From the human T2T-CHM13v2.0 reference genome, Homo sapiens, in NCBI RefSeq assembly GCF_009914755.1, contig NC_060942.1: DNA of 64,000 nt; one strand, 5' to 3'. This document shows, one piece after another, positions 15,847 to 49,912 of this stretch. A program made the translations under genes and the position numbers. Under the pieces are notes generated by a model that made no database searches, was not told the origin of the DNA, and saw only the letters and a program-made list of their open reading frames with translations. Position 1 is the stretch's first letter; every line of letters begins with the position of its first letter.

Positions 15847-16561
15847 GTGACGGGCTGAAGGGGAAACTTTGCGACTGGTTCAGGGCTCTTTGGGGGAGCC
15901 GAGGCTGCCGAGGTTACCCGGGTTTCTTTCCCCTTTTAGGTTTCCCTGGCGAGTCGTCTGGGGTGGGCAGGCCTCTGAGAAGGTGGGATTCACGGCCTCA
16001 TTTCTAGTTTCTTGGGTCCTGGAGTTCCTTTGCTTGTGCTAACTCGTGCAGTGTGCGGGCCGGCCTGTTTCACTTGAGGCCGAGGAACTCTCAAGAACAA
16101 AAGCTACTTGCTTTTCCTCCTTGGGCCCCTCCCTCTCCCCGTGCTCCTCCGCCGTCCTCCTCTAAAACTACCTGGGAGGGGGGAGCCTTCCCCGTCGGCT
16201 CTGGAAAGACTCCTGAGGAAGTCGGGCCCTCCTTACTGTCTTGTCTTATAAAAGTCTGCAAATCTTTTCAAGTTTTCTTAAAACAAGTGCACTTTCAGCT
16301 CCATTCCTGAGCCCGGGGTAAGCTTGGTTTGTGATAATAGTGTGTCCTCCCAGAAAGCTGAGAGTGACGCCAAAAGATCTCCTAAAATGACTTAAAAACA
16401 ATGAGAAGGATCGATAAGGAAAATCCACTAAGTCTTTTTGCTCCCAGTTTTTAACTGTTGAATTCCTGCTTTGGGATTGCTCTTTGGCTGGGGTAGCCAA
16501 CCATACCTTGGATTTGGTGGCTTGAGTGTTCAATGCCTGTTGCTTCTCCCAAGGAGATACT

Positions 16562-17172
<611 letters not shown>

Positions 17173-19754
17173 GAACGTGCAGGAACAAGGTCGCTGCTTA
17201 GGGCGGTGGGATCCTCAGGCCATGTTGTGGCTTTCTCCACAACATTTCCTTGTATGTGGATAGCGTGAAAGAAGCTTGTGATCCTGCCCCCACCCTCCCC
17301 ACCGCCACATTTTTTAAAGTGTAAGCAAAGCAAGACGTTTGGAAACAAGTCTTAACCGGGAAACTTTTCAAAAGCGCTGTTACAATAGGAAATGAGTAAG
17401 GAGGAAAAAAGTCTTTGTTTTTCCAAGCTGAGCCACAACTAGGAGGGAGAGTTTTAATGAAAACAGTCCTGACAGCAGCAAACGTGGTTTTACTGCAGTG
17501 AAATATCAGCTGGCGTAGCCAAGGCACTGAAGTCTTAACTTCCTGTTACTTCAGCTTTTGTGCACATATTGGAAATATTTGTTAAGAGTTCCAGAGGTCT
17601 GGCATTCATTTATTTAAATGAACTGAGAACAGAGTAAAGTCGCGCTGCAGTTTGGTGTTGCTTAACTGAAACCTGCTTTTGTGTGTCACTAACCTATTCT
17701 GAAAGATCAGGCTTCTTGTCAAACTAGGCAAGCAGATCAAAGGGCAGCCTTCAGGGGCTTTTTTTGTTTCAAACTCTTTGTGATTACCAACTTACAGTTG
17801 GGAATTCACTGTTCAATGAGCAAATTTTCACACTTTTTCTAGATTAAAAAAAGGAAGGAGATAATAGCCTTGAGAAGAATGTCTGGCTTTTCAGACGTTG
17901 GAGAGTTTAAACAAATTGCTTTATTCAAATTTGCTTTAGTCATTTAATTAACTTAACACTTTTTTTTAAAAGTTCGATTTCTTTAATTATTAAAGCCAAT
18001 GTGAGACAGGAACTCAGCTATAATTTCTTTAAGCTATTTTATTAATAGTTCTTCACCCAAATTTCAATATAGGTTTTGAAAGTCTCATCTTGCCAATAGT
18101 GAAAGTAGTTTCAGTTTTAAATGGGCACTTTTAAAAACCTTTTTAAAAACTTAAATCATCAGGGGAGGGGAATTTCAAATACATGGCAGTTAAAACTTAG
18201 GATTCTTGTGCAGTTTATTTGTAGCTGTTTGTTAAGCTGTGAGCTAAAGTGAATTTGCAAGATCATCCACCTCTTTGTTAGAACTTTACTTTGTCTTTGG
18301 AGAGTTCTGCCTTTTGTAGGAATACCCTGCAGCACCTTCTGCCCCCTGCAGTCCAAAACTAAAAATGTGTCACCAAGTCAGAGTCATTAAAAGGGTGGGA
18401 AAAATTCCTTTAAAAAACACGGTGTTTAGCTTAAGAGGAATATTCCGTGTTTATTTCCTGTCAAGGGGAACTGGCTCAATTAAGGTCAAGTCATATTTTC
18501 AACCAAAATTACATACTACAGAGGAAAGAAAGCATACAAAGCTAAAAATGCTTACCTTTACATTTTTGTTATTTTAATTACTTCCCCTAATATAGAAGTA
18601 CTGATTTTTTTCAAGCATGCCATTGTTTGTAATTCATTTCTGTTTTTAAGATTCTAGATTGTCTACAAGCAAAAGAATGTATTTCTTTAGTCATTCGGAG
18701 TAGCCTGCTGTAGTTTTTGAAAGGTGGAATTAATAGCGTTTGTTATTTAATTTTTTTTAAGTTCAGAATGATGTTTAAATATCTGTAAAGGCCAGTTCTG
18801 GAGCTTTATTGAACCCCGTCCATCTGTGATTTAAATATTCTCTATGGCTTGTGAATTCTTAAAATTTCTGGCAGGATTAAAGTACTTACAGCCAAAAGAG
18901 CTTCCTCTGGGGCTTGCATATTCAGTTTCCTTTGTCATGTAATCATTTAAGACTGAACTCTGCTTATTGATATGTAGTATTCTATTCTAGGTTGAGCTCA
19001 AACTGGTAGCTGAAATTTAGGAGACATTTTTAATTCATTTAGTATTAGGCATCTTTTGACCTTACTAAAGTACCAGTAGTAGAAAAATATTTTTGTGTGA
19101 TGAAACTGAAAACATCAGTGGTCGTATTTAATAAAAGGTGACTAGTACTGCCCATTTAAAGTAGGTGTCTAACTTTGAATAAATGTGGATAGCAATGAAT
19201 AAGAAATGACCATGCATGGTGTTAGCAGAAAATTTTAACATGTGTTTTACCTTTAGAATACTAACTGGGTTCAGCGTAGTATGTAATTTTCCTTCCTTAT
19301 ATCCATGAAAAAAAATGTACGAGTGCTCCCTTTCATTTCAAACCTTCAGTAGAGGAAGGAGGAAGAGTAGCATTTAAAATGTACATTAGGACTGGTTAGG
19401 TTGCTTTTCCTAGTTAGCACTGATCTTAGAAAGAAGGTTGGTAGGCATATTCCAACTGCCACAGCACCCTTCCTGTTTCAAATGTGGCAGGTTATTCATT
19501 TTGGGTGCAGTTTGTCTCCTCCAATGATTAGACGAAAGAGTTTTCTGACCATCATTCAAAAGGAATGTGAGAAGTTAATGAATCCTAGAGGAAAGCGGCT
19601 GAGAAAAGGCATCTGGCATTTGGTTGAGAGCCTCCTATGTGGTGCTAGTCAAACTACTTTTACTTGGACCCTGAATTCAGGACAGAAAACACTGCTCCTT
19701 CTCCTCGCTCTCAGTTGTTGGGAAAGCATGGTTACATTGAATGGTCAGCGTTAA

Positions 19755-20198
<444 letters not shown>

Positions 20199-20823
20199 TA
20201 GCTATTTAGAGAACACAGAAACACTTGACAGTCATCTATCAGATAGCATTTCCTTTAATGCCTAAAAGAACCTTCCTTTATGCAACAGACATTAAAAGGA
20301 GGTTAAACCTTACTCTATTGTCCAGGAAACTGGTTTGATATTTAAACAAGGACGACTTCAGTGAGGTAATTCATGTTATGTCTGTTGACACAGTCATTTG
20401 AACTGGGAAAAATCAGTTACTGGGAGGAGTGGCCCTTTTCATAAGGAGAGGTTTTCCTGTAGTTGATTAACTTAAATGTTGGGGCAGTAGGTGATAGGTT
20501 AAAATGGGGAGAGTTAAAAAGTAAACCTCTCTCTCAAATCATTTTTAAGCATTTGAGATTGTATGTCTTTTTCTTCGTCCTGAAAAGGTTTAAGTATGAA
20601 GAGACAAAAAAGGAAATTTGTATTAGAAACTAGAAGGCTTATGACAGGTGGTAGCTTGCTTTCTTGGCGGAGCTCAGATACCTTGAAATAACATTGTAAA
20701 TTCAGATAAGGCTTTTCATGCTTTCTTTAATTCAGAGAGCAAGATCAATTAGGTACCCCATAGAACATTCTCAGAACCCGTTGGCTGAGTGAATGAGGAA
20801 AATGTTAAAGCGTACCGATATGA

Positions 20824-21405
<582 letters not shown>

Positions 21406-21880
21406 CCCATTTTCAAGCAAAACAGTTCTCAGAAATGTCATGATTGCCGGGGTGAAGGCAAGAGATGAATTGCATTATTTTATATATTTTTTATTAATAT
21501 TTGCACATGGGATTGCTAAAACAGCTTCCTGTTACTGAGATGTCTTCAATGGAATACAGTCATTCCAAGAACTATAAACTTAAAGCTACTGTAGAAACAA
21601 AGGGTTTTCTTTTTTAAATGTTTCTTGGTAGATTATTCATAATGTGAGATGGTTCCCAATATCATGTGATTTTTTTTTTCCTCCCCTTCCCTTTTTTTGT
21701 TATTTTTTCAGACTGTGCAATACTTAGAGAACCTATAGCATCTTCTCATTCCCATGTGGAACAGGATGCCCACATACTGTCTAATTAATAAATTTTCCAT
21801 TTTTTTTCAAACAAGTATGAATCTAGTTGGTTGATGCCTTTTTTTTCATGACATAATAAAGTATTTTCTTTAAAAATTGT
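21406..21880 (+). other. TGIF1: TGIF1 3' UTR (proximal form)
   Basis: AU-rich sequence between the stop codon and the AATAAA signals; end approximate. Confidence 0.8.
21787..21860 (+). terminator. TGIF1 tandem poly(A) signals
   Basis: AATAAA at 21787-21792 and 21855-21860, followed by GT/T-rich sequence (ttgttgt ~21877). Confidence 0.75.
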
Positions 21881-23429
21881 TGTAATTCAGAGTATTTCTG
21901 TTGAGGGAGGTGCTTCTTAAAAATAAGTAGGAATATAGCACCCCAGTGAGCAGGAAGCTGGGGGGGTAGGGTGCAGTGTTAGGGGGTGTCACCAGCTCTT
22001 TGAAAACCTGTGGACAACAAGCCAGTTTGCATAAACAGGATGTGTGATATTTACTCTTGATAGGAGGCATAGCAGGCCCTTAGAGCTTTACTTAAACTGC
22101 ATGGCAAATTGAAATGAATCATTTTAGTGTTTAGCTAGCCACTAAATCCCTTGCTGATCTGTCCTGCGTAGTTTAAAACGTGGCCATGTTATAAAGAAAA
22201 GTCTTGAAGCATCCGGTTATTGCTGAGTTTTCAGAAGAAAACAACGCAAGCAATCTCTTGCCCTTTTTCCACGTTACCCTTTAAAATAACCTTTGTTCAG
22301 TGGTACATTTAGTTAAGGCATTTGTATTCAAATGTAGCATAGTATTTGCAGAGAAATTACCTTTTAAAACATCTCAAAAGTGTTTTCTAAAATGATGAAA
22401 TAAACGGTGGGGTTCTGTCTATGGTGGGATTGTCAGTTTATTAGGTGAGTATTTTCCAAGGTCACAGTTTGTGAAAAAATGGTGCTATGTACAAGTGGAG
22501 TTTGTTGGGATAGACAATCACTTACAAAGCCCAGATGGCCAGAAGGGAATTGGTGTTGCTCCTTTCACTTGTATGGTTGAGCAGATTTGTCACATGCCAC
22601 AAAACCATTCTTTGTAGTCATGCTTAGTATGAGCTTGCTTTGTTGTTACGGTCATGTTCTTTCCAGCCCTGCCCCAGCTATGAATTGTCTAAGTGTGAGG
22701 GAGCATCAGAGCTTCAGTATTGTTTAAAGAATGTAGAAAAATACAAATTTGTCTAATTTTGAAACTATTTTAGAAAGTCCCTACTGTAGAAAGAGCTAAA
22801 CTCAAAGACTTTCCTTGTAAGTGAAAGAAAAAAACTGCTGATGACTACCAAGAGGCGTAAGAAAATTAGGTGAGGGAATGTTGTGCTCTAGCCTGTGGGG
22901 TGCAGCTTCGTAGGGCACATCAGCTTAGAATGGTCTGGCCTCACCTCAGAGAGTCACAGAAATAGACAAAAACCCAAAAAGTACTAGTAAAGTAAATACA
23001 AGGAACAAAATAAACATTAATAAAAATGAATGACGCAAAGGTGATCCAGAATCATTACTTGCTCCAACAGCTAGATCAAAGGCTGAACATTTTGCTTTAG
23101 TATAGATGAGGGAAATGAGCAAGTCCTAAAAGGTTTGCCCTGTTACGGTGTTTCATCACTCATACTGGAAGGAGAAGGAAAGGAGCCATATGACTCATTT
23201 AAAAGAAAAACTGTAAGTCACCTTAAATTCCCTATGTTTTACTTCATTTTTTCCCTATTGAGGTTGTTACAGGTCATGGTTGATAATAGTTGGTGTTGAA
23301 TGAATGTAATCCATTATTTAAAAACAGGTACATTTAAGTGAAAAGATAAATGTAAAAAGCTGTTCATATCAAAGCCAAATAGAAATGATTTTTATGCTTA
23401 TAATTTACATGGTGCAATATATCTTTTTA

Positions 23430-25900
<2,471 letters not shown>

Positions 25901-26003
25901 TTCATGATTGTTAACCTGGAGGGAATTAGTCTGAAAAAGGAAAAAAAAAATCCACTATTACTAGAAACTAGAATTTTACTATAGTTACTTTGAAACTCCA
26001 AAT

Positions 26004-26166
26004 CAGTGGTTCTCAAACTTAACTGAACACTGGAATCACCTAGAAAGCTAAAAAAAACAAACAAAAAACAAAACAAAACAAACAAAAAAAACTGTGGCCT
26101 CGAGTTGGGAATTTTTAGAAGATCTCTTAGTGATTCCAATGCATAGACAAGATTGAGAACCATTGC
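26004..26166. mobile_element. MER5-family MITE
   Basis: TIRs cagtggttctcaa ... ttgagaaccattg. Confidence 0.7.
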
Positions 26167-27089
26167 CTTAAATAATTCTTTAAATCAGCCATTGTTTCTG
26201 TCCTTATCCAGAACATGGGGAGTTGACCGTTCTTTTTCCAGACCTAAAAACAAAACAAAACAAAAATTGTTTCTGTAGTCTTTTTTGTTTGGACAGAAGG
26301 ACTGAAAATTAGAGTCTTACAGAAATGTAATTTGTCTTACAGAAATATAATTTGCTGTAGAATTATTTTGTCACCCAGGTCAGCTTGTTCAATTAGAGTT
26401 TAGCATAAATTTGATATTTGGTACTATATACACATAGCTCATACCATATGTAAAGCTAAGCCTCTGAGTGATAGACCCCAAAACTTACTGCAGGAATACA
26501 AAATATTCATTTGTATTCAATCAAAAAGTAAAATTTATCTCTGGAAACTGGCCAGAGAGCAAAAAGCAATGTTTAGAGATCAGTTTTAGGTCTCATTCAG
26601 CTCATTAACAGGAGAATGTGTCAAGTCTTAACCTCCAAAAATCGTGACCTCTAATTAAAAACAGGCTATGTTCTGGGCTGAGTTTTATGATTCAGAGGCT
26701 GAAAAGAGAGACATTCAACAAATGCTTTGTGGCTGAAAGAAGAGCAGTAACTTAGGGTTGATGGTTACAATAGCACAGCTGGCAAAGAAAGGAAGCATGA
26801 GAAATCAATGAATAAAAATAATAAGTAGTACAGAGATTTAACTAAATATCAAGGAAACGGGGTTTTTGAATGAAATGTGTTATAGACATCAATAGAATGT
26901 GCAACCTTTGAAGCACACTGTGGGTGACTTAGAAAGGAAACCAAATCCAATGATGGAAATTTACTCAGGTTTAGAAGGAACATATTTATAGACAAATATT
27001 TAACATAGAGGTAAGGAAAATAAAACCATGGAGGGATTTCAGAAGATAAATTGTTACTCTAGGAAGTGTCAGCTTGTTTTGTTTTTTAA

Positions 27090-29205
<2,116 letters not shown>

Positions 29206-29704
29206 ATAGCTCTTTCCATTATAGTGTTATTTTCTGGTATCATCTGTAAACCCAGTATTGAAGTGAAAGTGTTGGATTAATTTGAGAAGGAAAAGATGTA
29301 CTTATCAAACACCTTATATTAAATTATTATCTATTATATTATTATTGTATTTGTTGAATACCACATATACATATTTAGTCCTCACAACCCTAATGGGACG
29401 TGTTATTCCCATTGTGTAGCTGAGGAAACTGACACTCTTCAAAGTTCAGCTTGTCTGTGGTTACCAGCTGTAATGGGGCCCCCAGTCATGGGGTGATTCT
29501 GTTTGCTCACACTCTTTCCACACCCTATCCCCGAAATGAAACAACTTGGAACTGTCTCCATTTTTATTATACTGTTCAATAAAAATTTGGGGGTTGCTTT
29601 GGCAGATAATCATATGCAAGCTCTATTTTCCAAATATCTCAACTTATTTTTCTGCTCTCTCGAATTCCTCCCTCCCCTCCCCCATTCCATTTCCTTGTGA
29701 CCAC

Positions 29705-29829
29705 ATCTGCTTCTTGGAGAGACTTGCAGGATCTGACACATCCTCTTGGTTTCCTAAGTCTTATGACTAGCCAATGCCTGAAATAATGAACTCCTCCAAG
29801 GCAAGAAATCTGTTTTGAAGCTTCTCTGC
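29705..29829 (+). ncRNA. GAPLINC: GAPLINC lncRNA exon 1 (5' end approximate)
   Basis: Consensus donor TGC|gtaagt at 29829/29830; position between TGIF1 and DLGAP1 fits GAPLINC. Confidence 0.7.
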
Positions 29830-30598
29830 GTAAGTATTAACACTTAATCTATTATTCGATGCATTTCATTTCCCTTTGTAGGTATCGGTTTTCTGAGCCT
29901 GCAGCCTTAGGCTAGTACCTTTTTTTTTTTTTTTAAGTTAGTTTCTGTTTTTTATTTGAGCTCTGTTAGAATCTTTAGATCTATCCAGTGGCTATAGTTT
30001 ACTCTGTGCTGCGCCTTTCTGCTTTCTCTCTGCAAAAATTATGGCTTTTTAGCTATATTTCCCCAAACAGAGGTGAGGTACTGCTCTTATACAAATACTT
30101 GAAGTTATAAATCCCACCTGCATTAAAAGGAAAGTGAAGATTTATGACAATGCCTTCCCATTCTTCTCTTTCAACCCCAAAACCTCCACCATTTTTGAAA
30201 CAAGGCAAGTTCTTTAGGGCTGGAGGTCTTCAATGGTATACACCATGAGGTAAAGATCAGCTTTAAAATAAATACGTACCTCCAAGGGAAGAAAATTGAA
30301 CAGGCCATTCATTACTTTTCCTTCAGAAAGCTAAGGTACAACAGGAATAAACTTAACTTGTGAAGGTTTTATGAAAGGATTGCCACCTCCTGCCTTGATG
30401 AAAAGATTAACCTGATTTGGTGAAATATGCTGCTATTTGCAGGCAGGTGCTGGCCTGATTCACCAACTCTGTGTTAATTTGAGCCTGCAGAGGTACCTTT
30501 GATCAGCTCTCAGAGCCTCAGCAGTGGCTCAGGAAACATCAAAACGCTGTAGAGCAGGCTCTAATCTCAGCCTTCCTGTTTCTATGCTTGCTCACTAG

Positions 30599-30768
30599 GT
30601 TCACACACAGCAGCCTGGTTTCCTGGAAGGGCATTTTCCACATTGTGCGTTATGGATGATCATCCCAGGCATCAGGTGTGAAGCCCTGCATCCACATCCA
30701 GGGGCTATCAAATCTCTCTGCAAAAGGAGAAGCTGGACTCAGGCACGTTTACAGTGATGTGTATGCAG
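30599..30768 (+). ncRNA. GAPLINC: GAPLINC lncRNA exon 2
   Basis: Branch-like ctctaat, pyrimidine tract, ctag| acceptor, CAG|gtatat donor; ACACACAGCAGCCTGGTTTC recognised from GAPLINC. Confidence 0.75.
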
Positions 30769-31034
30769 GTATATGTAAATTAATGCCTGCGTCTAATGCT
30801 GGAAGTAACAACAATTCAGTTCCGGGGAACTCTGTTGTCGTAATGCAGCTGCTAAGTGCAACATATTCTGTCCATGAAGTTGACACCTGGATAACAGGTT
30901 TGGGTGATAGTAACTGAGGCTTTGGCAGTGGATTGAGAACTCTGAGCTAGAAACATAATGGCAGTACCCTTTACTAAGCCAGGGTGGTAGGTCAGATAGC
31001 ATGGGTATTTTTTCGAAAAGTTGAGCTCTTACCC

Positions 31035-31615
<581 letters not shown>

Positions 31616-31789
31616 CTCTCATCCTTTTTACTCTCAATGACAGGTTCATACTTGCCCTTGGGCTTTATTTCCCTTTCCAGGCACATTTCCCTTAACTCTG
31701 CTCCAGAGTCTTACACTCCCATGTTTGGAATTTTAAAAAATTGATGCATTTTTTACATTGCATTGGGAGATATTTTAGAACCACTGGGG

Positions 31790-35897
<4,108 letters not shown>

Positions 35898-36031
35898 TAA
35901 TATGCTCGTATCCTACCATCACTCTACCTTTGGCTTAGTAAGGAAGGACTGAAAGGAAAAGGAACTGAGGGGTACCTTCTCTTTCCCTGTCTTTGTATGT
36001 CATTGTTTTCAGCATCAGTGTTTGGCTAATA

Positions 36032-40908
<4,877 letters not shown>

Positions 40909-40914
40909 GGATGG

Positions 40915-41003
40915 GGATAGCAAAGTGCTGGTCTGAGTGCAGGGCCCTCTGAGCAAGGAGCCCTTTGTGACTCCAGCGGTTGCATGCTCATGAGTGGCCC
41001 TGG
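40915..41003 (-). mobile_element. MER45-like (hAT-Tip100) end; other part probably ~34925-36030
   Basis: Reverse complement ccagggccactcatgagcatgcaacc...ctcagagggccc resembles a MER45 terminus. Confidence 0.45.
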
Positions 41004-41949
41004 CCCCACCTCAGCATTTCTCAACACACATCTTACTTCAGACTGGTATATTCTCTATATTTTGCACTGAGGGTCTCTAGAACGAAGGCAGGGTGAGGGG
41101 AAAGTAAGAAAGAGCCAGGCCCCAATCACTTGCTAAAGGCCTGGGTGAAAGGATGGAAAGGAAAGGACTCTGGCTAGCCCCTTCTTTCCCTTTCCTCCTA
41201 TGTCCTCATTTTCAGTGTAAGTTCAAGAGTTCACTACCACCAAGCTTCAGGTCAGCCCTGGAAAAACTCTGGATAGATTATTTTTGTAACTTTAAGAGTT
41301 GGACCAGCTTGAGGCATTGGGGAGGGATATACCCTTCCTTCTCACCCTACATTTTGTTTTCAGACCTTAGGAACCAAAGCTCTGTGATGGAAGCCAGGTT
41401 GAGGGCAGAGTGTTTATCTCTGAGGCCCCCAAATAAGAAACCCTGGTCTAGGGGAGCTAGAGGGCTAAAGTCTAGTATCATCTCCAATCAAACCTAGCTG
41501 GATAAATCCCAAACCCACTTATGGGGAAGGTTGGGGAAGAGCACTCAATCGATTCTTGATATCAAAGCTATACTTTATGTTCAGACTCAGAGATTAGGTG
41601 CTATCCAAACTAGTTTTTCCACAACCTTTTCTAGAAATGGAAATTTAAGATAGTTCATAAAAGTACTACCGTCAGGAGAAGATTGCCTGAGGCTATTACT
41701 GTGAAATTATTTTCATGGCATAAGAATCATCAAAATGGCTCGGTAGCACAGTACTTGGCAATTCTTTCTTATCACGGCAAGCTTAGAAAGTAGACACATT
41801 TGTACAGCGTATACAATGGCTCAAGGATGGAGATCTCACTGGGTACTCTGGCTGTTCCAGCCTTATGTGAGCTCCAAGGCCTGCTGTGATCTCAGCATAT
41901 CTTAATCTAGTCACTCCACATGCCCTGGCATGCGGGGTGGGAAGCTCTG

Positions 41950-42507
41950 CAGGCGTAGACACTTGGTGTTCCCTCCCCAATAGCCATTCCCCCTTTCTCC
42001 TTTCCAACAGTGTATGTTTTCCATTTGGGGGACCATATGGTACAGGAAAAGGTGATACTCGCCCTGGCTTCAAAGGGTGAATGCGGACTTGGGCTAAGTC
42101 AATTGGTGCATCCATGGCCTTGGCCTTGATGACTGGTTCCAGCACGGCACTCCACCAGTCCATTAAGAATAAAACTCATGGCTTAGCCTAGACCTCTGGG
42201 ACAAAACTGATCTCATTTCCTTCTGACAGGGTATGCACAGATGTGGAAACAGGAACTGATGTGTCCATTACACCACTAGGACAGAGGCCAGAACAATGAA
42301 GAAACCAAATACTTGGAAGAGGGTAGAGATAATGAATGGAGTCCAAGAGCCCTGATTGTGCCATAAATGTCCAGATAATTCCATACCTGAGGATTATGTG
42401 GTTTGTAAACTTGGCACTTAGAAGAACCAATAAAATCATGTTATAGTTTCAACCGGGTCTAGTTACCTTTCCTCTTAGTTGTGACTGTCTATATCCTAAC
42501 TGACACA
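41950..42507 (+). mobile_element. Old MLT1 (J/K-like) MaLR LTR
   Basis: tccccaatagccattccccc...gactggttc...ccaataaaat...tcctaactgacaca end motif. Confidence 0.6.
42230..42452 (+). ncRNA. GAPLINC: GAPLINC lncRNA terminal exon
   Basis: tttccttctgacag| acceptor; AAGAGCCCTGATTGTGCCAT recognised from GAPLINC; AATAAA at 42429-42434. Confidence 0.7.
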
Positions 42508-42829
42508 GGCTCTCGTGCCATGTCTAATACTAAGGCATCCATGGCAAGCGCTTTTCCAGTAGCACTAGGGAACAATCTATCCCAATTTTTCACGCACATA
42601 GAATTGTCATTAAGAACAAACACCCATTTGAAAGATGTTTGGCCTGGGTTAGACAAATGGTCTCTGACTGTGAGGTGCAATAAAGTGAACTGGGGCGTAC
42701 AGAAAGCAAACCTACAACACTGTTTAGTTGTTGAGACTCATGGAGCAATTGAGTTAAAGCTACTTGTGCCACAATGACCCACAACCCCAAGAGATGTAGG
42801 GATGGTCAGTCATGAAGGATTTCAGAGCA

Positions 42830-44352
<1,523 letters not shown>

Positions 44353-44679
44353 CAAAGTATACTTTTGAAATCAAAAGAGGGAATGGAGCAGCAAGCCATA
44401 GGGTTTATGCTGTAAATATAGGATGAAAAGAGAAGTGAGGAGTTGGCAGACTCACCCCAGCAGGGAAGTGAGGTGAGGGGATGAGGGTGATGAGGCCAAG
44501 GTCACCACAAAAGATGACCAGTGCTGCAGGGGTGAGGAAGAGAAAGATGGGGCATCCTGGCCTTGGAGATAGTCGGGGCTGGTGATGAGAGGTGCTGATA
44601 CAAAGGGAGACAGCAAAAGAGTCAGGCAAATGAAAGTCTTCCAAACCAAGCCCATGCTAGGTGCTGTGTGCAGTTTGGG

Positions 44680-45476
<797 letters not shown>

Positions 45477-46377
45477 GCACCCCTGGTGGCAAGCTCTGTT
45501 TTAGAGAGTATCGCCTTCTGTGCTATTTGAGTCAAGGCAGCTGTTCCTCCAGCTGCCTGCCTACTGCCCATGGTTCATTCTATAGATAAAGCCCCAGACT
45601 TTCCCCACATGGACACCCAAAACGGGGCAGGATAACTGACACTAGCGGCTCAGTGGTGGAGGAAGCAAAGCCCCAGCTCCCGAACTAGGGCGGCATGGCT
45701 CAGTGGCTATGTGCAGTGTGAGGGGTACTTAGGAAGATGTTGGGAGAATCAAATAAGATAAACATGTAGGGGTGCTTTAAAATTTCTAAAGTATTGGCAA
45801 TATAACTACATGTAGGATTTTCCTGGATTATAAACCTCTCACCCAAATTCAACTTGAGGCAAATTGCTCCAGAGAGCATGTAGTAACATTTCAGATACGG
45901 AAAAGTTGGCTTTCTGGCTTCTGATATTTCTATTATCCCATGAATTCTCATTGCATCAGCTCTGGGTCGCTGTGGTTGTGTCTTCCTTTTTGTGTATTTT
46001 TGGAATTTGAGGTTTCAAATTTCCAGTTTTTCAGCCTCTGGTTCAACCACCCTTTCTTTAAAAAATTGTCTAAATGTACTGTAGCCCTCATCTTACCGGA
46101 TGGGGAGAATTTAGTACTTCCCTCCAACCACCAATATTGCTGAGAATTTTAGGGGAGGGATCCAGGAGCTTACATTCTTATTGACATCTTCTACTCCGAA
46201 TTTTCAGTTTTGCCAAAGTGTCACCTCATCTTCTGCAGTTAATGTCTCCTTTCCTCCCACCACCATACATATCTATACATATATATGTGTATAGATGTAT
46301 GTATACACATATATATACACATGGAGAGAGAGAATTGTAATGTGTAAAGTTAGTTTCTTTCTTATCTATTTACTTAT

Positions 46378-49912
<3,535 letters not shown>

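Larger units (their letters stand above)
11470..16200. promoter_or_regulatory. TGIF1 CpG island with multiple alternative promoters
   Basis: High GC and CpG density, no interspersed repeats, GC boxes (GGGCGG), NRF1-like TGCGCATGC at 15021, several first-exon donors. Confidence 0.9.
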
